From contig JBGSIC010000018.1 in NCBI GenBank assembly GCA_041751875.1, positions 32,723 to 96,722 of the forward strand: a stretch of 64,000 nucleotides of DNA, in the 5' to 3' direction. The first letter of the stretch is position 1; every line of letters starts with the position of its first letter. Shown in pieces: positions 36,811 through 45,584 of the stretch. The notes beneath the pieces are model-generated. The model was not told where the DNA came from and did not search any database. It worked only from the letters and a program-made list of their open reading frames with translations. Position numbers and translations under genes: made by a program. Source of the DNA: Bdellovibrionota bacterium (GTDB lineage: Bacteria > Bdellovibrionota > FAC87 > UBA2466 > JACKAF01).

Positions 36811-38465
36811 TTTATTTCCTTCTTGAGAGAGTAGATCGAGTAGTCTTCTCTGTTCCGCACTTCCTGGTGATATCTCTGTACGAAAGAATCGAGCTCTCTG
36901 TCCTCAGTGGGTTCATGCTTCATTTTCACAACCACATTGGAACCGGCGAGTTTCCCCTGATAGTAGCGCAGGCATTGGTTGCGTTCAGTTTGTGAGAACT
37001 GGATGCAGTTCCAAACGGTCGGTGTAGCCGGACGCATGCTGGTCATCAGGTAGCCCGCCGGGAAAGCATCATAGAAAAGAATGTGGCTTCCGGCATTTTC
37101 CAGTGTGCTGAGGTCAGCGGAAAGCTCCCCTAAAAAACGCGCGCGTGCGGGGGTGGTGTAAAGACCCGAGTAAACACCGGTTTTCATTTTGGCAGTGAGG
37201 GTAGGGACACTTCCATCTCCGTAAACCATCAGCAAAAAGTGGGAAAGAAAAAGAAGAACAAGAAGGACCGGAGCGGTGGCACGAATCCATCCTAGACTTG
37301 GTCGACCTGCTTCCTTGATCAGTCGCGATTGAATTAAATACAAAAGAAATAAGGAAACCAAAGCGGCAGGCAACATCCCCAAACCCGCCATCGTCGTGTG
37401 ATTGGTGCTACTCATCCCTGTGGCGATGCCAGCTGCAAGCGAGGGAATCCAGACGAGAAAGAATAAATGGCGGGCGACTGCGGTCTGAGCAGTAAAGACA
37501 AAGAAAAAAGGGCCCAGCAAAGCAAAGTACAGACTGATTTGGAGCGCGCCCAAGGAGGTTTGTACGGGAGCAACCCAGCAGAGTAGCGGTGTGAAACAAA
37601 GTAGTATCGCGGCGGCCGAGGGGCGATAGCGGGCGGTCGCGAAGGTGAGGAGTGAGAGAAAAAACACCCACGGTTTAGAGGGGCCCCAGTAGTAGAAATC
37701 ACGAACGAGAGAAAAAAGCTTCGGCCATGCGAGGCGGTTATTGTTTTCAGAAAAACTAAATTCTTTGGCGCGCTCAAGATCGGAAAGGGAAACTTGCGTA
37801 AACAACCATGCCGCCGTAAGGGCCCCACCTAGAACATAGGCAAGGAAAAGGCTCTTGTTTCGCCGCCAGGTCAGTAAAAGAAAAAATAGCGCGTAGGTCC
37901 CGACTCCAGGGACAAAGGAGGGATGCGCGATGACCGATATTCCTTGTGCCAGCCCCGCGAGCAACGCTAACCAGCTTGCCTTGCTCTTACTTTGTAGTGC
38001 GCTCCACCCGAGAAAGACGCCTGCGGTCCAGAAACCTATCGCCCAGGTGTTGTACGAGAGATTGGCAATCGAAAAGGGTACGAAAGCGATCGGGACGAGG
38101 GCAAACAAAAGGGCATAGTTTTTTCCAAGGCGTTTTCGCAAGAGAAAATAAAGCACGCCGGCAACACTGATGGAAAACAGGAGTGATAGTACACGCATAA
38201 AAAGCATCAGACCCGTTACACCAAACAAAGCATGATAGCCACGGACGAAAGGGAGCGAAATGAGGGAAAAAGTTTGGGCGAGCATCAAATCGTCTTTGAA
38301 GATCTGATCGCCCAAGACATAGCGGTAAGGCAGAGCAACGTAAAAACTCTCATCCCAGAAACTGATGCCATAGGGTAAGCGCCAAGCCATCGCGGCCACC
38401 ACAACCAACGCAAAGCATAGTGCTGCGTGTTGAAAAGTTAGGATTCGTTGGTTGGAGGGGTTCAC
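36783..38465 (-). CDS. GT-C family glycosyltransferase (ArnT/PMT-like, GT39/GT83-type)
   Basis: 560 aa with more than 10 TM helices. DE-containing first periplasmic loop (ISFWDESFYV) and a C-terminal soluble domain. Overlaps the methyltransferase 3' end by 28 nt. Confidence 0.7.
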   Translation of the reverse strand: MNPSNQRILTFQHAALCFALVVVAAMAWRLPYGISFWDESFYVALPYRYVLGDQIFKDDLMLAQTFSLISLPFVRGYHALFGVTGLMLFMRVLSLLFSISVAGVLYFLLRKRLGKNYALLFALVPIAFVPFSIANLSYNTWAIGFWTAGVFLGWSALQSKSKASWLALLAGLAQGISVIAHPSFVPGVGTYALFFLLLTWRRNKSLFLAYVLGGALTAAWLFTQVSLSDLERAKEFSFSENNNRLAWPKLFSLVRDFYYWGPSKPWVFFLSLLTFATARYRPSAAAILLCFTPLLCWVAPVQTSLGALQISLYFALLGPFFFVFTAQTAVARHLFFLVWIPSLAAGIATGMSSTNHTTMAGLGMLPAALVSLFLLYLIQSRLIKEAGRPSLGWIRATAPVLLVLLFLSHFLLMVYGDGSVPTLTAKMKTGVYSGLYTTPARARFLGELSADLSTLENAGSHILFYDAFPAGYLMTSMRPATPTVWNCIQFSQTERNQCLRYYQGKLAGSNVVVKMKHEPTEDRELDSFVQRYHQEVRNREDYSIYSLKKEINQIDEDRRG

Positions 38466-38652
38466 AGATTAATCAGTATAGCACGCGTCACAGCGCGCCA
38501 AGGTGGGACTACGCGTCTGCCCCAGCCTTTAAAAAAGGCATCATAATATGGTAAAATAAAAAGGTCTTTTAGCTGCAGATCTTTGTTCCTTAAGGCCGTT
38601 CCGGCCTCTTCAAATCAAGCCTTTGCCTTCGGATTCGAAAGGATTTCCCACG

Positions 38653-39681
38653 ATGAAAACCGTTTTAGTGACTGGTGCCGGCGGATATATCGGCACGATG
38701 ATAGTCGAGCGTCTGTTGGAAGAAAATTATAAAGTTATTGGCGTCGACAGATACTTCTTTGGGAAAGAGTTGTTAGGGGAATCACGGCAACACGAAAATT
38801 TCAGTCTTCTTCAGAAAGACAACCGCAAGCTGACGGTTGAGGATTTCAAGGATGTCGATGCGGTGATTGATCTTGCTGGGTTGTCGAACGATCCCACCGC
38901 TGAATTGTCTCCGACACTTGCTTGGAGCATCAACTATGAGGGCGGGGTTCACACCGCAAAAATGGCGAAGGCCGCCGGAGTGAAACGCTTTCTCTACTCT
39001 TCGTCGTGTTCGGTTTACGGAACAGGACAAGCACTTTGTCTGGACGAGAGTTCCGAACCCAATCCCGCTACCGTTTATGCAGAAACCAAAGTTCAGGTGG
39101 AAAAGGAACTCGCGAAAATCCAGTCTTCGGACTTTGAAGTGGTTGTGCTGCGCAATGCGACAGTTTATGGCTTGTCCAAACGCATGCGTTTTGACCTGGT
39201 GATCAATCTGATGTCACTCACCGCGTGGCGTGATGGAAAGATTGTGATCATGGGAGGCGGAAAACAGTGGCGCCCCGTCGTGCATATTCGCGATGTGGCG
39301 GAAGCCTTTCTTATTTGTTTGGAAGCCGCAAGCGAAAAAGTCGCGGGACAAGTGTTTAATGTTGGCTCCGACGATCAGAACTATCAAATTTTTCAGCTCG
39401 CCTACATGATAAAGTCGGTGTTCCCAGGCTGTGAAATCATCACAGCGCCTGATGACGCCGACAAGCGAACTTACAATGTCAGCTTCAAGAAAATTCAGAA
39501 AGAGCTGAATTTCATTGCGACGATGACTCCGCTGGCGAGTGCCAATGAACTTAAAGTGGCGCTCACGATGGGGCGGATCGATATTTCTGATTCTCGCCTA
39601 AACACTTTGAAGTACTACCAACACCTCCTGAAGGTGCAGGAACTTTTTAAGGAACTCGCCGAAGATGGAAAAATTATCTAA
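38653..39681 (+). CDS. NAD-dependent epimerase/dehydratase (extended SDR)
   Basis: TGAGGYIG Rossmann motif. The YxxxK catalytic pair is expected. ATG at 38653. Confidence 0.8.
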   Translation: MKTVLVTGAGGYIGTMIVERLLEENYKVIGVDRYFFGKELLGESRQHENFSLLQKDNRKLTVEDFKDVDAVIDLAGLSNDPTAELSPTLAWSINYEGGVHTAKMAKAAGVKRFLYSSSCSVYGTGQALCLDESSEPNPATVYAETKVQVEKELAKIQSSDFEVVVLRNATVYGLSKRMRFDLVINLMSLTAWRDGKIVIMGGGKQWRPVVHIRDVAEAFLICLEAASEKVAGQVFNVGSDDQNYQIFQLAYMIKSVFPGCEIITAPDDADKRTYNVSFKKIQKELNFIATMTPLASANELKVALTMGRIDISDSRLNTLKYYQHLLKVQELFKELAEDGKII

Positions 39682-40852
39682 AAGATCCGTCCCCTTTTTT
39701 AAGCATAATCTCCAGGAAGAAGATTTTCTGGAGCTGCAAGATACTCTTAAAAGCGTCTTTCTCACCACGGGTCCAAAGACCAAACGTTTTGAAGAACAGC
39801 TTGCCTCCTATTTAGGAGCAAAACATGGCATCGCCTGTACCAGTTGGACCACCGCTGCTTTTTTGGTGCTAAAGGCCTGGGGGATTGGGCCCGGTGACGA
39901 AGTCATTGTACCGGCGCTAACCTTTATAGCGACTCCCAACATTGTTCTTCACTGTGGCGCCAAGCCGGTCTTTGTCGATTCGGAAGCCCTCACAGGCAAC
40001 ATTGACGTGGAACAGATTGAGAAAGCGATTACTCCGGATACCAAGGCCATCATTCCCGTTCATCTTTATGGACAAATGGTGGACATGGAGAAACTTTCGG
40101 CGATTGCGAAAAAACACAAACTTAAAGTGTTGGAAGACTGTGCGCATTGTATTGAAGGTACGCGGGATGGCTATCGCCCAGGGCAAAAAAGCGACGCTGC
40201 TTGTTTTAGTTTCTACGCCACCAAAAACATTACCTGTGGTGAAGGTGGGGCGATTGTGACGTCTGACTCCGAGCTCAATGAAAAGGTGCGCCTGCTTAGA
40301 CTTCACGGAATGAGTCTGTCGGCAAGCGATCGTTATACAAGCACCTACAAACACTGGGACATGCTCGCTCTGGGATACAAAGCGAATCTCTCTGATATCC
40401 AATCAGCGCTCTTGATTCATCAGCTCGAGCGCATCGACACGGTATTGAAGAAAAAGGAAGAGCTCTGCCAGTTTTATGAAAAGAAACTTTCTGCCGCGGG
40501 TGTTCCGTTCCCGAAGGTGCTACCGGGTAGCCAGTCGGCACGGCATCTATTTACTTTCTGGGCACCACGGGGAAAAAGAGACGAAATGCTTACCGGCTTG
40601 CAAGAAGCGGGCATTGGTGTGGCGGTGAACTTTCGTTCGGTGCCCACCCTGAAGTTTTATCGAGAACGTTACGGTTACGGGCCGGGCAAATTTCCTGTAG
40701 CGGAGAAAATAGGGGAGCAAACCATTACGGTTCCGATGTATGTTTCTTTGAGTCAGGAAGACGCCAGCTACGTGGCGGATCAAATCATTGCGCTGTACAA
40801 GCGCCTTCAGCCTCAGCCTGCCTCAAGCGGAGAATTAACCGCTTCACTCTAG
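39665..40852 (+). CDS. DegT/DnrJ/EryC1/StrS-family PLP-dependent sugar aminotransferase (ArnB/GnnB/WbpE-like)
   Basis: Family pattern ...SFYATKNITCGEGG... with PLP-Lys in ATKN. Confidence 0.85.
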   Translation: MEKLSKRSVPFFKHNLQEEDFLELQDTLKSVFLTTGPKTKRFEEQLASYLGAKHGIACTSWTTAAFLVLKAWGIGPGDEVIVPALTFIATPNIVLHCGAKPVFVDSEALTGNIDVEQIEKAITPDTKAIIPVHLYGQMVDMEKLSAIAKKHKLKVLEDCAHCIEGTRDGYRPGQKSDAACFSFYATKNITCGEGGAIVTSDSELNEKVRLLRLHGMSLSASDRYTSTYKHWDMLALGYKANLSDIQSALLIHQLERIDTVLKKKEELCQFYEKKLSAAGVPFPKVLPGSQSARHLFTFWAPRGKRDEMLTGLQEAGIGVAVNFRSVPTLKFYRERYGYGPGKFPVAEKIGEQTITVPMYVSLSQEDASYVADQIIALYKRLQPQPASSGELTASL

Positions 40853-40856
40853 GTTC

Positions 40857-40878
40857 TAAAACGTGCCAGGCACCTTTT
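40857..40878. terminator. weak bidirectional terminator hairpin AAAA-CGTGCC-A-GGCACC-TTTT between convergent genes
   Basis: 5-bp GC stem flanked by an A-run and a T-run. The sequence is related to the intergenic repeat family. Confidence 0.3.
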
Positions 40879-40882
40879 GGAA

Positions 40883-41971
40883 CTAGCTGGCTAGTTTGGT
40901 TTGGGTGGGATCCGTTTTGGGATCGTTGATGGTCGGGTGACCGCCCAAGGGTTCGAGCGGTAAGGGCACCCAACATTGCTGGGTGTGTGCGAGCTTATCT
41001 GCTTGCTCCAAAATTCTCACCACACGTAAGCCCTGATAGCCATCCGTGCGCGGGGCAACCCCTTTTTGCAAGCAAGATACCATGTGGTTCACTTCGATTC
41101 GAAGAGCCTCAGTTTGATCTATCGCCGGTGAGTAGACATCGCCGTGGCGGTACTTAATGTAGTCCACGTAGCTTTTCTCTTTGTCAGCGGTTTCCAGCGC
41201 GTCCACACCTTTGTCGAATACCTTTATTTTCTGCACGACATCCACATCGTCGTACACAACCATCTTTTTCCGACCAGTCAAAACCGTGCGACGGATTTTC
41301 GAGGGCGACAACCAACTTGCGTGAATCGAAGCAATGAAGTTGTTTTGGTAGTTTAGGTGCATAAAGCCGATATCGGGTTGCGGCAAGCGAGCTGCGTTTT
41401 TCGCCGAAACTGAGATCTCAATCGGATCGTAGGGAATGAGTTCATTGAGAATGGAAAGATCATGCGCCATGAGATCAAAAATAACACTGATGTCCGGTTG
41501 ATAGAGGCCTAGGTTCATGCGCTCCGATTCGTAATAAAGGAGGTCGCCCAAGTCTTTCTTCTTCACCATCTCCTTCATGTAGGCAACAGCGGGGTGGTAC
41601 ACGTAGGTGTGGTCCACCATGAGCATCTTTTTTCGACGCTGGGCTTCTTCAATCAGATAAAGACTTTCCTTTTCCGTCGCCGTCATCGGCTTGGTAATCA
41701 AAAGATGTTTGTCGGCCTTAAGCGCTTTCATACCCAACGCGAAATGACTATGGACGGGAGTGGCGATGACAATCAGGTCGAGATGCGTGTCTTCAAAAAG
41801 ATCGTCGGCGCGCGTCGTGGTACGCACGGAAGGGTAACGTTGGCCTAGCTTTGCCAAACGTTTGGTGTCGAGGTCACACATCCACAAAACTTTCATGTCC
41901 TCGTTCTCGAAGAGGTTTCTAAGTAAGTTGGGACCCCAGTAGCCTATACCGATGATGCCGGCGCGTATCAT
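40883..41971 (-). CDS. Gfo/Idh/MocA-family NAD(P) oxidoreductase (GnnA/WbpB-like sugar dehydrogenase candidate)
   Basis: GIIGIGYWGPNLLRNL Rossmann N-terminus. 362 aa. Confidence 0.8.
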   Translation of the reverse strand: MIRAGIIGIGYWGPNLLRNLFENEDMKVLWMCDLDTKRLAKLGQRYPSVRTTTRADDLFEDTHLDLIVIATPVHSHFALGMKALKADKHLLITKPMTATEKESLYLIEEAQRRKKMLMVDHTYVYHPAVAYMKEMVKKKDLGDLLYYESERMNLGLYQPDISVIFDLMAHDLSILNELIPYDPIEISVSAKNAARLPQPDIGFMHLNYQNNFIASIHASWLSPSKIRRTVLTGRKKMVVYDDVDVVQKIKVFDKGVDALETADKEKSYVDYIKYRHGDVYSPAIDQTEALRIEVNHMVSCLQKGVAPRTDGYQGLRVVRILEQADKLAHTQQCWVPLPLEPLGGHPTINDPKTDPTQTKLAS

Positions 41972-42131
41972 GCCTGCTCCTATTTAGTTTGTGAGGGGGA
42001 AAAAGAAGGTGAGAGGTGAAGCTATAAAGATCATCGGTGAGTTAAAGAATTTCCTTAAGAAAAAAGAATAACGCACACGGTTAACAGTCACGGTGCGTTG
42101 TCGCCGACAGACAGCCCGCCGCGCTGTTTTA

Positions 42132-42140
42132 TGCTACAAT
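42132..42140 (+). promoter_or_regulatory. extended -10 element TGCTACAAT upstream of pilM
   Basis: TGn plus TACAAT lies 110 nt upstream of the pilM GTG start. Confidence 0.3.
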
Positions 42141-42249
42141 GTTATTGTTATCTACGGAGCATCCGTTTTTCCACCCGCTCCACAAGTTATTCAGCCATTG
42201 CGTAGAAAAGGGCGTTTGCCCGTCGCGTATTCTCTTTCATGGGAGTCTT

Positions 42250-43314
42250 GTGGGGTTTTGGGATCAGTGGAAAAAAAGACGTCTGGTGGGAATTGACGTA
42301 GGCATGTCCGGAATAAAAGCGGTGGAGCTTCAGATGGGCAAGAGGCCGCGTTTGATTTCCTACAATCGCGTGAATCTCCCATGGGAAGCCATCGGTAGTG
42401 ATGGGGCGATATCCGATCCCCAAGCCGTCTCTGAGGCTTTGCGATCGTTGTTTGAGTCGTCCACTTTTTCTTCTCGCAAAGTGGCGGTAGGTGCATCAGG
42501 CGCGTCGGTTTTTACAAAGCGTGTGCGCATGCCGCGCATGAAAGAGGTTGAATTGCGTGAGCAGATTAGTTTTGAAGCCGAGCAGTATCTGCCGTTTTCA
42601 GCGGACGAAGTGAACCTTGATTTTGCGATTCTCGGACCGGTTCCTCAGACCAATCAAATGGAAGTGCTGTTGGTTGCCATAAAGAAAGATTTTGCGAGGA
42701 ACTGGGAAACAATTGCCAAGCAGGCCGGGCTTGAACTGGCCGTGCTCGATATCCAACCCTTCGCTTTGGGAAATGTTTTTGAGTTTAACTACGCCGAGAA
42801 CAAAGAGCTGCCGGTGGGTGTGGTTACCCTTTTGTTAGATTTTGGAGCTGGAGCGATCAAGCTGTCCGCTGTGGAGAAAGATAAAACCACTTTCACCCGA
42901 GAAATTCTCGCGGGGGGAATGGTCTGTAGTCAGTTGATCGCCGAAGCGATGGAAATTCCGCTCGACGAGGCGGAGTACCACAAAATTCATCATCCATCGG
43001 CTGACGGCGTTAAGGCGGCGGTTGCCGCCTATGTGCAACACGCCACGGATCAAGTCGCTCGTGCTATTGAAGTTTATCTAAGTGGCGAGGGCGATGTCGT
43101 GATCGACGGCCTCTATATATGTGGTGGCGCTTCACAGACGCCGGGTTTGAAGGACAGTTTGGAAAAGCAGTTGGGTTATTCGGTTCACACCCTCAATGCG
43201 GTACGCAATATCGCAGGCTCTGGGGCAAAGATGAATCCGGAAGCCATTGAGGAACTGAGTTACTTAGGTGCCGTAGCCATGGGATTGTCGCTCCGTTCTG
43301 AGGGCGATTCTTAA
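42250..43314 (+). CDS. pilM: type IV pilus assembly protein PilM (actin-like ATPase fold)
   Basis: GTG start after GGGAG. RRLVGIDVGMSGIKAVEL N-terminus and overall PilM pattern. Confidence 0.8.
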   Translation: MGFWDQWKKRRLVGIDVGMSGIKAVELQMGKRPRLISYNRVNLPWEAIGSDGAISDPQAVSEALRSLFESSTFSSRKVAVGASGASVFTKRVRMPRMKEVELREQISFEAEQYLPFSADEVNLDFAILGPVPQTNQMEVLLVAIKKDFARNWETIAKQAGLELAVLDIQPFALGNVFEFNYAENKELPVGVVTLLLDFGAGAIKLSAVEKDKTTFTREILAGGMVCSQLIAEAMEIPLDEAEYHKIHHPSADGVKAAVAAYVQHATDQVARAIEVYLSGEGDVVIDGLYICGGASQTPGLKDSLEKQLGYSVHTLNAVRNIAGSGAKMNPEAIEELSYLGAVAMGLSLRSEGDS

Positions 43315-43353
43315 ACGGTTGAATTGCGAAGTTTGCCTTAAAGGAGGCATTAG

Positions 43354-43779
43354 ATGGAAGCACTCATTGGATTGCAAGCGGGTTTGAATCTGCTGTTTTT
43401 GAGTTTAGGCCTCTATTTATATAAGAAGAGATCTAACGCGTTTGACGGGGAAGCCCAAGCTCAAGCGAAGGCCTACCTGACCGTTCTCGAAAGTCGAGTC
43501 GAAGAGGCCGAGGGGAGAACGCGCAAAGTGATTAATGAGAGCGAGCGCCAACTAAAAATTCTTTTGCAAATTTGTGATCGCGCCGCGGCAGTAATGGATC
43601 AAGCGCAGGTGCCTTCTATCACTTTGTCCTCTTCAGAAGAACAAAAAGAACTCCTCGAAGCGCGTCCCAAGGGCGCGGAATCGATTCCCACCGTAGCGGA
43701 TGTCCAAAAAATGCGACAAAAGATCACAGCAGACAGCGCGGTGGATCTTCCTCAGCTTCTCAACGAGCAACTCGCCTAA
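43354..43779 (+). CDS. small single-TM hypothetical protein
   Basis: 141 aa. N-terminal TM helix (LNLLFLSLGLYLY) then a coiled/charged region. Does not match PilN. Confidence 0.4.
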   Translation: MEALIGLQAGLNLLFLSLGLYLYKKRSNAFDGEAQAQAKAYLTVLESRVEEAEGRTRKVINESERQLKILLQICDRAAAVMDQAQVPSITLSSSEEQKELLEARPKGAESIPTVADVQKMRQKITADSAVDLPQLLNEQLA

Positions 43780-43894
43780 AGCGCCGTTATCCCCCCTTTC
43801 TGTCCACTTTTGAGCCGATCACGGATCGGCCGCGTGCGGCAATTTTCCCTTTTATCTCAACGGAATACGATGACACACCGGGGAAAAAATTCCC

Positions 43895-43923
43895 TTGACA
43901 GAGGGGGTCACTCATCCAAGAAT
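43895..43923 (+). promoter_or_regulatory. candidate sigma-70 promoter TTGACA-N17-AAGAAT
   Basis: Perfect -35 hexamer and 17-bp spacer. Located about 350 nt upstream of phaR. Confidence 0.3.
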
Positions 43924-44040
43924 ACCAACTGGATCATCGGTAGCCTCTTGCGTCCAAGTGGTACTTACCTCTAGGTGGGGCTTGGTAGCAAGGAGCCGGG
44001 TTTGGGGTTGAGAGAGGGCCAGTTTTCTTTTACCGGGATT

Positions 44041-44072
44041 CTGTTCAGATAGCGCGACGCGCTGTTAAACAG
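44041..44072. promoter_or_regulatory. nested palindrome CTGTT-cagat-AGCGCGaCGCGCT-gttaa-AACAG in phaR leader
   Basis: 13-bp perfect palindrome AGCGCGACGCGCT flanked by a CTGTT/AACAG pair. Confidence 0.3.
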
Positions 44073-44273
44073 GTTATCAGTCGTCACGTGGCTTGCAATT
44101 ATCATTGGTGGGAGGAGGGTGCTTTAACTAGCGCCTACTAATAGATAAGTTTTATGCGTTGTATACAAAGGCCTTGTGATGATTTCTCGGCAAAAAGAAG
44201 ATGAAGGCTCTGGATTCGGTTCCAAGCTCAAAATTGAAACTGAAACAGTCCTTTCAGGTTGGGGGTAAAAAAC

Positions 44274-44693
44274 ATGGAGAAGGCTAAAATTATTAAACGG
44301 TATCAGAATCGTAAATTGTACGACACTGATGCAAGCTGCTACGTGACGCTTGATGAGATCGCAGACATGATTCAGCAAGGCGAGCAAATCACGGTCGTCG
44401 ACAATCGGAACCAAAAGGACATCACAGCAGCTACGCTTACTCAGATCATTTTTGAGAAGCAGAGACGCTCTGAATCTCCGATTCCGATCTCGACTCTGCG
44501 CCACATCATCCAACAGGGTGATGGTTCGTTCAGTTCTTTTCTCGCTAAATCGGGTGATGGGAATCAGCTCGATTTGATCGATACCCTCGAAGCTCAGATT
44601 AAGAGTCTGAACGCTAAGGTGGGTGAGCTTGAACAGAAAGCCGGAATGTCCCCGAATGCGGGTCAATCCCACTCTGTCGAAGCGGAAGTCTAA
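44274..44693 (+). CDS. phaR: polyhydroxyalkanoate synthesis repressor PhaR-family DNA-binding protein
   Basis: KIIKRYQNRKLYDTDASCYVTLDEIADMI matches the PHB/PHA accumulation regulator DNA-binding domain signature. Confidence 0.8.
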   Translation: MEKAKIIKRYQNRKLYDTDASCYVTLDEIADMIQQGEQITVVDNRNQKDITAATLTQIIFEKQRRSESPIPISTLRHIIQQGDGSFSSFLAKSGDGNQLDLIDTLEAQIKSLNAKVGELEQKAGMSPNAGQSHSVEAEV

Positions 44694-44696
44694 TTA

Positions 44697-44760
44697 AATC
44701 CCGCTCCGGGGCTTTAAGTTCCTTTTTGGGGGAATTTGAATCTGGAGCGGGTTTTTTTTC
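44697..44760 (+). terminator. rho-independent terminator (long-loop hairpin CCCGCTCCGG...CTGGAGCGGG + T8)
   Basis: About 10-bp GC-rich stem followed by TTTTTTTT, immediately after the phaR stop. Confidence 0.5.
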
Positions 44761-44965
44761 TTTTCGGGTAACTCTTAAGCTCCCCTGTCCGGTGCGTGGT
44801 TGGGAATAATTCTAACCTACGAGTATTTACTCGGGTGCTTTCCCTTATTGCTGTGCGCATACCTGCTTGCAGGGAGCCTAAGGTAATAACAGAGTGCCCC
44901 CCTATCTCTGATAGGGTTAAGAATTATCCCGCTACGGCCCATGATGGGGGAGCTTTAAACTCCGT

Positions 44966-45475
44966 ATGATGACAAGTGATAAAACGATCCGCTGGATCGA
45001 GAACCTCGCCGAACAAGAAGTTCTGATTAACTCAGGCGAAAAAACTTCTATCGATATAACAACCACAAAAGGCGAAGTCCTATCGGTTGAAACCGGAAAT
45101 TTTGTTCAAGATTTGCTCCAACAGTTTGAATACCTGGTGCGACTTTTTAATTCCCGAATCGAAAACCGGGATCTCCATATCATTTTGGTGAGTGGCACGG
45201 AAAGAGGGGCGGGTTTCTCCCTGGTGCGCAACCAGATGAAGCTCACGCTCAGCGCCCCCCTTGCGGGTCGCATTCAGCTCAGCTGCATGAAGATTGTCGA
45301 AGAGGACAAATCGATGCCTCCCAAGGTGAGTGTCATGTTTAGTGGACTCATCGAATCAAGTTTCGGTACCTTCCATGACGTGGAATGGTACTTTTTGGGC
45401 ACTCGGGTTGACGCTGAGCAGGTGGCGCGCCACTACTTGACCGAGTTTATCCAGGCGAGCCGCCGTCCGAGTTAG
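44966..45475 (+). CDS. hypothetical cytoplasmic protein (169 aa)
   Basis: ATG start. No TM, signal peptide or known motif. Upstream of the flp gene. Confidence 0.4.
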   Translation: MMTSDKTIRWIENLAEQEVLINSGEKTSIDITTTKGEVLSVETGNFVQDLLQQFEYLVRLFNSRIENRDLHIILVSGTERGAGFSLVRNQMKLTLSAPLAGRIQLSCMKIVEEDKSMPPKVSVMFSGLIESSFGTFHDVEWYFLGTRVDAEQVARHYLTEFIQASRRPS

Positions 45476-45541
45476 TTTTCCAACTCTCGTACTACAGACC
45501 ATAATTTCGACCCTTTAGTTTCCCGCTTGAGCCTATGTTTT

Positions 45542-45556
45542 TGGCATCCCGTTCGC
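45542..45556 (+). promoter_or_regulatory. candidate sigma-54 promoter TGGCAT-N5-TCGCA upstream of flp pilin gene
   Basis: GG and GC elements spaced 10 nt apart, about 30 nt upstream of the flp ATG. Confidence 0.4.
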
Positions 45557-45584
45557 ATTGCTTTGTTAGGAAAGCGAGGGGAAC

